Part shown: positions 10,250 to 19,609 of the stretch, piece by piece
Layout of the letters: each line of letters starts with the position of its first letter
How positions within the stretch are numbered: position 1 is the stretch's first letter
DNA from: Myxococcales bacterium
Lineage (GTDB): Bacteria; Myxococcota_A; Polyangia; Polyangiales; DASUME01
Assembly (NCBI GenBank): GCA_047601445.1
Contig: JASGJH010000001.1
Location: 1,152,001 to 1,216,000, forward strand
Direction of reading: 5' to 3'
Length of the DNA stretch: 64,000 bases
Notes under the pieces: generated by a model
Database searches by the model: none
What the model saw: only the letters and a program-made list of their open reading frames with translations
What the model was told of the DNA's origin: nothing
Made by a program: the position numbers and the translations under genes

Positions 10250-12236
10250 CGCCAGCCACTATTTCCGGCTCGAATCCTCCGAGCTCGTCGATGCGCTCGA
10301 GCGTGGTCTGCTGGCTCAAGCGCAGGGCTCCGGCAATCTCAACGAGCTCTTCCGCCAGGCCCACACGCTGAAAGGCGCGGCGCGCGTCGTCGGTGAAGAC
10401 GCCATCGCGGACCTCTCCCACACCCTGGAGGACGTGCTGGCGCACCACCGCGAGCGGCGAGAACCCCTCGGACACCGGGAAATCTCGGAGCTGCTGCGTC
10501 TCGTCGACGCCGTGAAAGGGCTTCTCTCGCGAGGTTCTGTCGCCCAAGGGGAAGGTTCGGTGGCGGCACCCGCCGCGCGCCCGGGCGACGAGCTCCTCCG
10601 CATCCCGTCCGCCGAGATGGACGAGCTCGCGGCGCAAGTCCTGGACACGCAGGTGCATGCCACGAGCTTGCGCAAGGAGCTCAAGCGCCTGCAGGAGTTG
10701 CGGACGGCGACCGTGGCGCTCGTACGACAGGCGAGCGGCATCGAAAGCCTGACGGCTCGCGTGCGGGCAGGGCTCGAAGATCTGATCTCGGGAATGAACG
10801 AGCGGCACGACTCGCTGCGCGCCCTGTCCGACCAGCTCGAGCTCGACCTGAGGCAACTCACCGACCGTTCCTCGAGTCTACGCCTTCTTGAACTGAGTGG
10901 TCTGCTGGCGGAGCTCGAGCGGAGCGTCCACGACACGGCCCAGACCTTCGAGCGCAGCGTCGCCTTTACTCACAGCGGGCTCGATGTTCGTGTCGATGGT
11001 CCCATCTACGGCCTGCTGCGCGTCGCCCTGGGACACCTCGCACGCAACGCGGTCGCGCATGGAATCGAAGCCCCGGAGCTCAGGCGCGAGCTTGGGAAGC
11101 CCAGCGCGGGCAGCGTTCACCTCGCGGTGCAGCGAGAAGGCAATCGCTTGCGCGTCACACTCAGCGACGACGGGCGTGGCATCGACCGCGATGCCGTCAC
11201 ACGGGCCGCGGAGCGCATGGGCCTGCCGGTGGATCCGAAAGCCGATCCCAGGGAAGTCGAGGCCTGGATCTTCGCACCGGGGCTCAGCACGGCGAGTCGG
11301 CTCACCGATCACGCCGGGCGTGGCGTGGGCCTCGACGCGGTGCGCGACGCCATCGAGCGTTGCAAGGGGAGCGTGCGCGTGGAGAGCACCTCACGCATTG
11401 GGACGCGGTTCGAGCTCATCGTTCCCGTTTCGGTGACCGCGCTGACCACGCTCTCCATCGAGGTTTCCGGCGCGACCTATCTGGTGCCGTTGCACAGCGT
11501 CCGGGCCGCCTGCCTCCTCGGTGAAGCCGATGTCGTTCGCGACGGCGACCGTTCGTTCGTCATGCATCAGGGCGAAGCCATCCCGTTGCGGCGGCTGACG
11601 TCGACGCTGACCGAATCGGGAACGGAGAAGGGCAGCCTGCGGGCGGTGGTCGTCGTCGAGGCACGTGGGCAAAGACTGGCGCTGGGAGTCGGCGCCATCC
11701 GCAGCACCCGTGACGTCATCGTTCGGAGCCTGCCGAAGGCGGCGGGACAATCCTCGCTGTTTCTCGGCGCCGCGTTCGACGAATCCGGTCACCCAGAGCT
11801 GGTGCTGTCCACCGATGCGTTGGGCAGCTTGCCCGAGCACGGTACCTCCGCGAATGTGGTGCGCCCCCGACGCAAACCCGTCCTGGTCATCGACGATTCG
11901 CTCACCACGCGCATGCTCGAGCAGAGCATCCTGGATGCCGCCGGCTACGAGGTCGAACTCGCGTCCTCCGCCGAGGAAGGGCTCGACAAGGCACTCGCGC
12001 TCGATTTCGGTCTGATCATCGTCGACGTCGAGATGCCCGGAATGAACGGCTATCAGTTCACGCGCGCCGCTCGGGGTACGCCCAAGCTCAAGGACCTTCC
12101 CATCATCATGGTTACCTCATTGTTCAGCGAGGAAAGCCGTCGCAACGCGCGCGAGGCGGGCGTGTCGGCCTATATCGTCAAGGGAGAGTTCGACCAGGGA
12201 CGCTTCCTCGGAAGGGTCGCAGAGTACCTGCCATGA
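10242..12236 (+). CDS. cheA: Hybrid CheA histidine kinase (Hpt-HATPase-CheW-REC; WspE-like)
   Basis: Hpt FRQAHTLKGAA, HLARNAVAHGIE, DDGRGID, GRGVGLD; C-terminal REC (VIDDS, IVDVEMP). Confidence 0.95.
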   Translation: MHDASHYFRLESSELVDALERGLLAQAQGSGNLNELFRQAHTLKGAARVVGEDAIADLSHTLEDVLAHHRERREPLGHREISELLRLVDAVKGLLSRGSVAQGEGSVAAPAARPGDELLRIPSAEMDELAAQVLDTQVHATSLRKELKRLQELRTATVALVRQASGIESLTARVRAGLEDLISGMNERHDSLRALSDQLELDLRQLTDRSSSLRLLELSGLLAELERSVHDTAQTFERSVAFTHSGLDVRVDGPIYGLLRVALGHLARNAVAHGIEAPELRRELGKPSAGSVHLAVQREGNRLRVTLSDDGRGIDRDAVTRAAERMGLPVDPKADPREVEAWIFAPGLSTASRLTDHAGRGVGLDAVRDAIERCKGSVRVESTSRIGTRFELIVPVSVTALTTLSIEVSGATYLVPLHSVRAACLLGEADVVRDGDRSFVMHQGEAIPLRRLTSTLTESGTEKGSLRAVVVVEARGQRLALGVGAIRSTRDVIVRSLPKAAGQSSLFLGAAFDESGHPELVLSTDALGSLPEHGTSANVVRPRRKPVLVIDDSLTTRMLEQSILDAAGYEVELASSAEEGLDKALALDFGLIIVDVEMPGMNGYQFTRAARGTPKLKDLPIIMVTSLFSEESRRNAREAGVSAYIVKGEFDQGRFLGRVAEYLP

Positions 12237-13288
12237 CCACGCCCAAGCCGCTCCGTGTCATTGTCGCCGACGACTCAATCACGGTCCGAAAGAGCCTGAT
12301 CCGAGCCCTTGCTCAGGCTTCGGACATCGAGGTGATCGCGGAGGCCGCCGACGGTCGGCAGCTCGTCGACCTTTGCACCCGACTGCGGCCCGACGTGATC
12401 ACGATGGACGTCGTGATGCCTGGTATGGATGGCGTCCACGCGACCGAAGAGATTATGGCCCGTGTGCCAACTCCGATCCTGGTGGTGTCCGCTGCCGAGA
12501 ACCGAGGGGAGAACTTCACGACCCTGAGCGCGCTCGCGGCAGGCGCCGTGGAGGTCCTCGAGAAGCCCCGTGAGTCCGGCAAACTGGCGAGCTTCGAGGA
12601 GGCGCTGCGGCGCACGGTCCGCCTGGTGGCGCGAATCCCCGTCATCACGCGTCCGCGCGGCTGGCTGCAACCGCGCGCCTTCGCCGCCCCGGCGCCAGCC
12701 TGGTCCGGTTCGGCGCGCCTGGTCGCCATCGGGGCGTCGACGGGGGGCCCAGCGGTGCTGGCTCAGATCCTGACCGGTCTGCCCCGCGACTATCCTCTGC
12801 CCATCCTGTTGGTCATGCACATCGGCCCGGCCTTCGGTTTCGCACTCTCCGAGTGGCTCGACGGGATGAGCAAGCTCAAGGTGCAGCAGGTCCAGGACGG
12901 AGAACGACTCGCGGTCGGCCGCGTGCACGTCTGCCCGCCGGATCGGCACCTGATCCTGCGTGACGAGCGCCTCTTTCTTACGTCCGATCCGGAGCGCCAT
13001 TCCTGCCGCCCCTCGGTCGACGTTCTGTTCGAATCCGTCGCCGGGCAATGTGGCCGCCAGGCCGTGGGGTGCTTGCTCACCGGTATCGGCCGCGACGGCG
13101 CTCAGGGGCTTCTCGCCATGCAGCGCGCCGGTGCGCTCACCATCGCACAGGACGAGGCGTCGAGCGCCGTGTTCGGGATGCCACGCGAGGCCATCGCGCT
13201 CGGGGCCGCCGACCTGGTCGGGAACCCGCAACAAATCACGGGCCACCTCCTGGGCTTGATCAATCGTCAGAACGCCAGCTGGAGCTGA
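12233..13288 (+). CDS. cheB: CheB methylesterase with REC domain
   Basis: REC plus GASTGG, VMHI, RPSVDVLF, TGIGRDGA. Confidence 0.95.
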   Translation: MTTPKPLRVIVADDSITVRKSLIRALAQASDIEVIAEAADGRQLVDLCTRLRPDVITMDVVMPGMDGVHATEEIMARVPTPILVVSAAENRGENFTTLSALAAGAVEVLEKPRESGKLASFEEALRRTVRLVARIPVITRPRGWLQPRAFAAPAPAWSGSARLVAIGASTGGPAVLAQILTGLPRDYPLPILLVMHIGPAFGFALSEWLDGMSKLKVQQVQDGERLAVGRVHVCPPDRHLILRDERLFLTSDPERHSCRPSVDVLFESVAGQCGRQAVGCLLTGIGRDGAQGLLAMQRAGALTIAQDEASSAVFGMPREAIALGAADLVGNPQQITGHLLGLINRQNASWS

Positions 13289-14583
13289 CTGCGCGCGCGC
13301 ACCAGGTCGTCCTGACGCACGTCCGCGCTGGCCACCTTGCCCGTGCGGATGAGTTCGACGTCGGACTGCCAGGCCAAGCTGCGCCCGATGATGTAGACGT
13401 TGAAGCCGATGCCGATCTCCTCGCGCGCCAAGATCATCCCCGCGTTCGCGTACTGATCCTGCAGGTCTGCCTGCTCCGCGGGGGCTGCCGCCGCGATGGC
13501 GCGGGCGGCCCGCGTGCGGGCGTCCGCGCGTAGCCTTCGGGGCGTGTCGACGCGGCTGTAGCGCGCCGCAAGCTCGAACCGCGCATCGAAGCGATAGGTG
13601 GCTTCGAGGGTCGCGCCCAGGAGACCCACACGATCGCGGCCATCGGTCGCCTCGAACATGCTGCCGAATCCGACCAGGTTGCAGGAGAGATGACGGTACT
13701 TGAGCAGGACCTCGGGGGAGAGCCGCGCCAAGAAGTCCTGGCCGAGCTCCGGCTTGGCGTCCCAGGTTCCACTGATCGCCACGAAGCTTCGAAGTCCTCC
13801 TCCTTCCAGGTCCGTCACCGCGGTGGCGTCCATGCCTCGGCTCGAATAGCCGAGAAGGCCGGCGAGCTCCGGGTGTAGCGTCGTGGGGAGTGGGGAGCTG
13901 CGGAAGCTCGAACGGTTGGGGAGCGACTCGCCGTAGGTGTCCGCCATCCCTTTGGCGAAGGCGCTCCGCGCGTTCACACCGGAGAAGATGCCCAGGGAGT
14001 AGTTGACGTGACCATCGCCACGCATTCCGTCGTGGAGCTGGAACCCGATCTGGCGCTCCGCGCCGAATGCCACCGCCGCGATGTCCCACTCGACCATCGG
14101 AAGCAGCGTAAACGACTGCCCGCGGTGACGCGTGAAGGGAAGTTTTTGCTGTCCGATGCGGAGGCGAGCTGCAGGATTGAGTGCGTACTCTCCCCACAGG
14201 TCCACGAGTTCCGGTGAGCTGGGCGACAGACTGAACTGAACCAGGGTTCGGATGCGGTCGTCCAGGAAGGAACCCCGCAGATACAGCCGCACGCGCCGCA
14301 GCTCCACGGTGGTCTCGGTCTCACGCGGGCCATCTCCGACCCGCGTTCCCTCGTCACGGCCCTGGTTCGCGACATTCAGTCGAAGTTGCCCGGCAAACCC
14401 GAGGCCGAGCTTCGAACCATCCTTCGCCACGAACTCGTAAGGTCCCAGCTTGCTCGGCGGCGGTGCGGCCGCCGGCTCGGGCGCTTTCGCCGCTGTCTTC
14501 TGTTCCGTTATCGCTTGCGCCCTGACAACCGTGGCCCAGCAGCTGCAAAGGCAGCCGACGAGAACCCATACTACGAACTGCAT
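13267..14583 (-). CDS. Outer-membrane porin (OprO/OprP-like)
   Basis: Signal peptide; ELRRVRLYLRG, LRIGQQKLPF; terminal QLQLAF beta-signal. Confidence 0.75.
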   Translation of the reverse strand: MQFVVWVLVGCLCSCWATVVRAQAITEQKTAAKAPEPAAAPPPSKLGPYEFVAKDGSKLGLGFAGQLRLNVANQGRDEGTRVGDGPRETETTVELRRVRLYLRGSFLDDRIRTLVQFSLSPSSPELVDLWGEYALNPAARLRIGQQKLPFTRHRGQSFTLLPMVEWDIAAVAFGAERQIGFQLHDGMRGDGHVNYSLGIFSGVNARSAFAKGMADTYGESLPNRSSFRSSPLPTTLHPELAGLLGYSSRGMDATAVTDLEGGGLRSFVAISGTWDAKPELGQDFLARLSPEVLLKYRHLSCNLVGFGSMFEATDGRDRVGLLGATLEATYRFDARFELAARYSRVDTPRRLRADARTRAARAIAAAAPAEQADLQDQYANAGMILAREEIGIGFNVYIIGRSLAWQSDVELIRTGKVASADVRQDDLVRARSQLQLAF

Positions 14584-14858
14584 CCGTCCCCCGCCTGCGA
14601 TTGTCCTACGGGAAAAATCGGGCAATCAAGGGGTGCTTCCCGGGTCTTTCAGGTCGAGCAGAAGTAAGCATACGGTCGCGTGTGAGAGCGAGTGAAGTAA
14701 GGAAAAGACACTACACAGGGAAGGGCTGCTCTGGCTCGCCCGAGCCACGCGACTCGAATCGAGTCTCACTTTGCTCGAAGCTGCGGACGCTCGAATAACC
14801 AATTCAGATTGCCGCTCGCACGCGCGCAGAGATATCCTGTTCTGGGGAGTTCGAACCG

Positions 14859-16046
14859 TTGACTCAAATCAAGACAGGTCGCAGCACCAGCTCGAATCCG
14901 GAGCGGGCAGTTCTCGAAGTACTCGAGCAAATCGCCCCCAAAGACGCTGGCCTGGTCGTCTACTTTGCACCCGCTTCACTCGATCAAGCGCGCGTGCAGC
15001 AAGCGTTCGCGAAGGCCCTGGGCGGCACGCCGTTCATCGGTGGTTCCTCGTTGCACATGACGGTTCCCTTACTCACGATGAGACACAACATCGCGAGCGA
15101 TGGATTCTGCGACGGCCTCTGCGCGCTTAGCCTCGGATCGTCCGGGGTGATGGCGGACGTCGATCTCGTCCAGGACGTCGCACAGCCGGGAGCCGTCGAA
15201 GCCGCCGTCGCCGCTCTACAACGTCTCGCCTCCCGCGCTGGCTTGCAGCTGGACCAGCCCGAAATCGAGGGCCACTTTCTGCTGGTCCTGTGCGACGGAC
15301 CTTCCGGGCACGCAGACGCGATCCTCGACGGGCTGTTCATGGCCGCCCCCGGGCTGCAGATCGTGGGCGGTGGAACCGCGGGCACCTTCAGCTTCGCCAC
15401 CGGACAACCACGCTCAGGCTCCGTTCACACCGCGGGGGGCTGCCACCACCGCGGCGCGGCGCTCGCTCTGATCCGAGTCGCCGGGCCCTTCGTGACCAAG
15501 ATGGTGACCAGCTACCGCCCCACGGCGAAGCAGTTCGAGGTCACCAAAGCCTCGGGCAAGGTCGTGTCGGAGCTGAACGGAAACCCTGCAGCACGCGAGT
15601 ACGCGCGGGCGCTCGGTGTGCCGGCCTGGAAACTCGGCTACTCGCGCTTGCCCAACTTCCGGCTCTTTCTGCGCAATCCGGTCGGTCTGGTGGTGGATGG
15701 GCAGCCCTATCTGCGCGGCATCAGCGCGCGCTCTGGAGACGACCTGCGCGTCGTCGTCGGCGACATGGCACCCGGGCAGGTCCTTCGGTTGATGGAACCC
15801 GGCGATCTGGTGACCGAGACACGCAAAGTCATCGAGCAGACGCACGCGGAGCTCGGCGCGCTTTCTGGAGCGCTGCTCTTCAGCTGCGCCTATCGAGAGC
15901 TCGAGGCCGACATCTTGGGCACGCAAAACGAGCTCTTCCAGGCGCTCAAGCTCGGTCCAATGGCGGGGCTCATCTCGTTCGGAGAGTACTTTCGGGGGCT
16001 CGCCGTCGAACAAACCCTGACACTGGTCGCCTTTGGTAAGACCTGA
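14859..16046 (+). CDS. FIST-N/FIST-C domain sensor protein
   Basis: LCDG, IVGGGTAG, VSELNGNPAAREYA, LFSCAYR, FGEY..EQTLT. Confidence 0.85.
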   Translation: MTQIKTGRSTSSNPERAVLEVLEQIAPKDAGLVVYFAPASLDQARVQQAFAKALGGTPFIGGSSLHMTVPLLTMRHNIASDGFCDGLCALSLGSSGVMADVDLVQDVAQPGAVEAAVAALQRLASRAGLQLDQPEIEGHFLLVLCDGPSGHADAILDGLFMAAPGLQIVGGGTAGTFSFATGQPRSGSVHTAGGCHHRGAALALIRVAGPFVTKMVTSYRPTAKQFEVTKASGKVVSELNGNPAAREYARALGVPAWKLGYSRLPNFRLFLRNPVGLVVDGQPYLRGISARSGDDLRVVVGDMAPGQVLRLMEPGDLVTETRKVIEQTHAELGALSGALLFSCAYRELEADILGTQNELFQALKLGPMAGLISFGEYFRGLAVEQTLTLVAFGKT

Positions 16047-16051
16047 AGCCC

Positions 16052-16240
16052 ATGCCAGGAGAAACGGAGTCACTTCTCACGTTCCTGCGTGCCAAGCACT
16101 CGCCGTTCCTGGTGGCGCGGGTGTTCTTGAAGCTTGGACGTGAGGTTCCGGACCGGTTCAAGACCGCCGAGGACGATCACGCCATGGCGGACCTGATACG
16201 CAAGACCTGCCTGGCTTTGGGCATCAAGGAACTGCCCTGA
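16052..16240 (+). CDS. Small hypothetical protein (62 aa)
   Basis: ATG 5 nt after the FIST stop; fills the gap to the convergent gene; amphipathic helical composition. Confidence 0.55.
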   Translation: MPGETESLLTFLRAKHSPFLVARVFLKLGREVPDRFKTAEDDHAMADLIRKTCLALGIKELP

Positions 16241-16270
16241 GGCTCGACGTCGCAGCTGTCGCGACGGCCC

Positions 16271-17497
16271 TTAGAGAACTCTCGCGATAGTCCGGAAGAG
16301 CTCGATAGTCTGGATCTCGCGGTAGGCGCTCTCGTCCCAACCCAGCGCATATCCGCTGAAGGCCGACAACTTGACGATGACGACATTGCGCGTCGGGTTC
16401 ACGTAGACGAACTGGTTGTAGATGCCGATGGCGGAGAACTCGCGCTCGCTGCCGGCCGGGATCCACCACTGAAAGCCGTAGCCGACGGGGAACGGGTCGT
16501 TCGCCTTCGCTTCTGGCGTGAGGTGAGGCGCGTCGGGCGTGATGGACGCGTCGACCCAGGCCTGCGGGACGAGCTGTTTGCCGCGCCAGGTACCGCGCTG
16601 ACGATACAGCTCACCGATCTTGGCGTAGTCCCGCGCGGTCGCGTTGAGACCGCCGAAGACCATCTCCATGCCTGCATCGTCGGTCAACCAGTACCCGGTA
16701 CTCTCCATGCCGAGCGGTTCCCAGAGCTTCTCTCGCATGTAGTCGGTGACCGAGCGGCCCGTGGCCTTCGCAAGCAGCATGCCCAGCGCGTGCGTGTCGG
16801 CCGAGCTGTAGTGATTGAGCGTTCCGGGCTTCCGCGCGCGCTGCAGGGAGGCGGTAAATGCGTCGAGTGACCCCCCGAGGAACATCACGGTGCCGAAGCG
16901 ATTGACGTCGCTAAACGGGTTGGCATAGGTCTCGTCCCAGCTCACGCCCGAGGACATCTGGAGCACGTCCTTGATGCGCACGCCGTCGTACCCCGAGCTT
17001 CGCAGGGCAGGCACATACTTGCTGATGGGTTCCTCGATGCTCGCGATGTGTCCCTCGCCGACGGCAATGCCGACCAGCGCAGAAACGAAGCTCTTGGCAA
17101 CCGACCACGAGAGCCAGTGCACGTCGGGGCCGCCGGTCAGGTCATAGCGCTCGTAACGGACCTTCCCATCTTTGAGGACCAGGAGCGCGCTGGTATCGGT
17201 CTCGGCGAGAAAGTCTTCGACGGTGGTTGTCTTCCCCTTGTAGGCGAAGGCAACGGGCAACTGCGTCGGCTCGCCTCGGGGAAACTGAAAGGGTGCACGC
17301 GACCGCGGCATGGTCGAGGCGGGAAACAGCTGCGCGGCGCGGCTGAAGTTCTCCGCTTGCTCGGCGCCATGGAAGAGCGTTACCCCCATGGCGATGCGAC
17401 CCGGGCCCCGACGGTACAGGACCACGCCTGCCATGGCGACGAAGCCGCTGATCAGCGCGATGGCCAGGAGGCCCTTCTTGGAGCGCAACGTATTCAT
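16271..17497 (-). CDS. Serine hydrolase, beta-lactamase class C / NylB-like
   Basis: SxxK (SVAKS), YSS, LQMSSG, YGFQWW, GIYNQFVYVNP. Confidence 0.9.
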   Translation of the reverse strand: MNTLRSKKGLLAIALISGFVAMAGVVLYRRGPGRIAMGVTLFHGAEQAENFSRAAQLFPASTMPRSRAPFQFPRGEPTQLPVAFAYKGKTTTVEDFLAETDTSALLVLKDGKVRYERYDLTGGPDVHWLSWSVAKSFVSALVGIAVGEGHIASIEEPISKYVPALRSSGYDGVRIKDVLQMSSGVSWDETYANPFSDVNRFGTVMFLGGSLDAFTASLQRARKPGTLNHYSSADTHALGMLLAKATGRSVTDYMREKLWEPLGMESTGYWLTDDAGMEMVFGGLNATARDYAKIGELYRQRGTWRGKQLVPQAWVDASITPDAPHLTPEAKANDPFPVGYGFQWWIPAGSEREFSAIGIYNQFVYVNPTRNVVIVKLSAFSGYALGWDESAYREIQTIELFRTIARVL

Positions 17498-18087
17498 CGG
17501 TCTTTACCGTGCGTAAGGGTGGAAACCAGGCGCAGTGCCATCTCCTTGATCCTCGCGCGCGACACCGTGGTCATGCCGAGGGTGCGGAAGCTGGCTTCGC
17601 CGTAAGCCAGTGAAAGCAGGGAAAAGGCGACGCCCTGGACATCCTTGCTCGGGGCTTGCACGGCGGGGTCCTCCCCCAGCGTCGCCGTCAGTCTCTGGGC
17701 GAGGCGTGCGTAGAGGGCCTTCAAGCGTTGGCGGGTTTCTTCGTCGCGCTGGGCGAGGTACCAGAGCTCTCCGACAACGACATTGGACGTCTCGTCCGCG
17801 AAGACTGCCTCGAACAGGAACTCCACCATCTTGGGCGCGTCGAGGGTGCCCCGCTGCTGCTGGAAGAGGAGGAGGCCGGACTCGGCCCGCGCCACCATGC
17901 GCTCGATGAGCAGGCCGACCATGTCGTCTCGGTTGCCCATGAAGTAGCGCACGAGGGATCTCGGGAGACCGGCCTCCGTGGCGACGTCTTGGAGGGTGGT
18001 GTCCAGCAAGCCTTTGCGAACGACGCAGGTCTCGAAGGCAGCCAGAATCTCTTCACGTCGTTGATCTTCGACTTTGGCGCGAACCAC
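17494..18087 (-). CDS. TetR family regulator
   Basis: RREEILAAFETCVVRKGLLDTTLQDVATEAGLPRSLVRYFMGNRDDM; GTG start follows GGAG. Confidence 0.88.
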   Translation of the reverse strand: MVRAKVEDQRREEILAAFETCVVRKGLLDTTLQDVATEAGLPRSLVRYFMGNRDDMVGLLIERMVARAESGLLLFQQQRGTLDAPKMVEFLFEAVFADETSNVVVGELWYLAQRDEETRQRLKALYARLAQRLTATLGEDPAVQAPSKDVQGVAFSLLSLAYGEASFRTLGMTTVSRARIKEMALRLVSTLTHGKDR

Positions 18088-18101
18088 GGCCAGCTCCAAT
18101 C

Positions 18102-18156
18102 TTGTCTTGTGCGACAATATTGGCGCGAACCAAACTTGTCAAGCGCGACAAGTTTG
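18102..18156. promoter_or_regulatory. Tandem TetR-like operators TTGTC-N6-GACAA
   Basis: Perfect inverted repeat CAAACTTGTC-AAGCGC-GACAAGTTTG (18131-18156) and TTGTC-TTGTGC-GACAA (18102-18117), both upstream of the TetR gene. Confidence 0.7.
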
Positions 18157-18222
18157 AGCGGCGGGCGGACCGGGCGGCTCGCCGGGCCGTGCACCTCGTC
18201 ACCATGATGCAACCCGTGCGGG

Positions 18223-19491
18223 TCAGCTGCCTTCCGCGATGACGCGCGCGAGGCGGCTACGATTCTCGACCCCGAGCTTGTCGTAGATCGCCTGGAGCTG
18301 CTTGGCGACGGTGCTCGGCGCGACGCCGCGGGAGGCTGCGATGCGTGCGTTGCTCCAGCCGCGGGCGACACACTCGGCGATCTCACGCTCGGCGCTGGTG
18401 AGCCGTTCGCGCACGGAACCGCTGGCGGTGAGGTCGACCGCCACCACGGAGACTTTTTCCTCGCTGAGCGGCAGGTCGAAGCGGGACGAGCGCGAAGCGT
18501 CGAATACCGCGGCCAGCTCCACGCGTGAGCGCAACCCGAGCTTCTTCAGGATTTGGGTGACGCACGCCGAGACGGTCTTCTCGGGCAGCCCGAGCGCGTA
18601 GCTCGCCTCGCCGTTGGTGGCGCCCAGCGAAAGACAGCGCAGCACGCTCTGTTCGGTGGGCGTGAGGGCGCGCGGATCACGCTGGCCGGGCCGGTTCTCG
18701 TAGGCCGCGATGTAGCGACGGCCACCGCTCTCCCAGTGATCGACCAGCGACCATTGCCCTGCCACGAGGCCTTGCCACAACTGGAGCGCTTCGGCCGGTG
18801 ACGAGCGGACGTTGGCGCGTCTCGCCTGCTCCATGGACCTGACGGCCTCGGCGAGCGAGCGGCGCGCCGCACCGTCGTCGGCAATCGCGGTACTCGCGTC
18901 CTCGAGGGCCCCCGTCGGTGAGAGCAGCGCATCGCGTTGGGTGGCCGAGGCAGCCAGCCGGCGCCGCAAGCGCAGACCCGCGACGACGTGGAGGCCCACC
19001 CGTTGCCACATGCCGCGCACGCGCGGCGCGGGCGAGACCACGGCGCTCGAGGGCGCGGAGATGGTCACGCTCCCGCCGCGCGTGTCCTGCGCAAACATGC
19101 AGAAGCCATCGACGATACCGGCGCTCGCCATGAGTCCTCGAAAGTGCGACACCACCGGAGACTCCGGGCCCAAGACCTGCTCGAGCCCCCCGCACGTGAC
19201 CAGGCGCTTCTTCAGTAGCTCGAAGATGGCGTTCGGCGCCTCGGCGTTGAGCGCCGCGACCCGCTCGAGAAAGGCCGGACTCAAGCGGCGCTCGGCGAAA
19301 GCGGGGCTCGTCGCGAGGTCTGGAGCGGAGTCGTCACCGGTGAACCCGTAGACCCCGCTTCCGGTGTCGAGGTCGCCTCCAGCGTGCTCGAGGAGCGACG
19401 CCAGCCAGGCAGTCTCCGAGCCTCCGAGCTGGTAAGCTGCCTCGACCACGTCGATAGCCGTTACTGCGCGAATCCTGTGGGGGCGGGGCAT
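18223..19491 (-). CDS. LuxR-family regulator with two C-terminal HTH domains
   Basis: LTPTEQSVLRCLSLGATNGEASYALG and LTSAEREIAECVARGWSNARIAASRGVAPSTV. Confidence 0.85.
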   Translation of the reverse strand: MPRPHRIRAVTAIDVVEAAYQLGGSETAWLASLLEHAGGDLDTGSGVYGFTGDDSAPDLATSPAFAERRLSPAFLERVAALNAEAPNAIFELLKKRLVTCGGLEQVLGPESPVVSHFRGLMASAGIVDGFCMFAQDTRGGSVTISAPSSAVVSPAPRVRGMWQRVGLHVVAGLRLRRRLAASATQRDALLSPTGALEDASTAIADDGAARRSLAEAVRSMEQARRANVRSSPAEALQLWQGLVAGQWSLVDHWESGGRRYIAAYENRPGQRDPRALTPTEQSVLRCLSLGATNGEASYALGLPEKTVSACVTQILKKLGLRSRVELAAVFDASRSSRFDLPLSEEKVSVVAVDLTASGSVRERLTSAEREIAECVARGWSNARIAASRGVAPSTVAKQLQAIYDKLGVENRSRLARVIAEGS

Positions 19492-19609
19492 AGGCGTAGA
19501 ATATACGCCGGATTGAGCGCGCGCCCCGGGCCGGCCGCACGCGCCAAAGCGGGGTAGGGGCCTGTCGGCCAGGGGGCAGGCCGGCTGCGACGAGGATTTC
19601 GAAGCAGGC

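Noticed and set aside
12275..14197. 640-aa minus-strand ORF and similar long Arg/Pro-rich shadow ORFs (e.g. 6320-7813, 38772-40232)
   Set aside because: Off-frame or antisense to well-supported genes, no motifs; typical high-GC artefacts.
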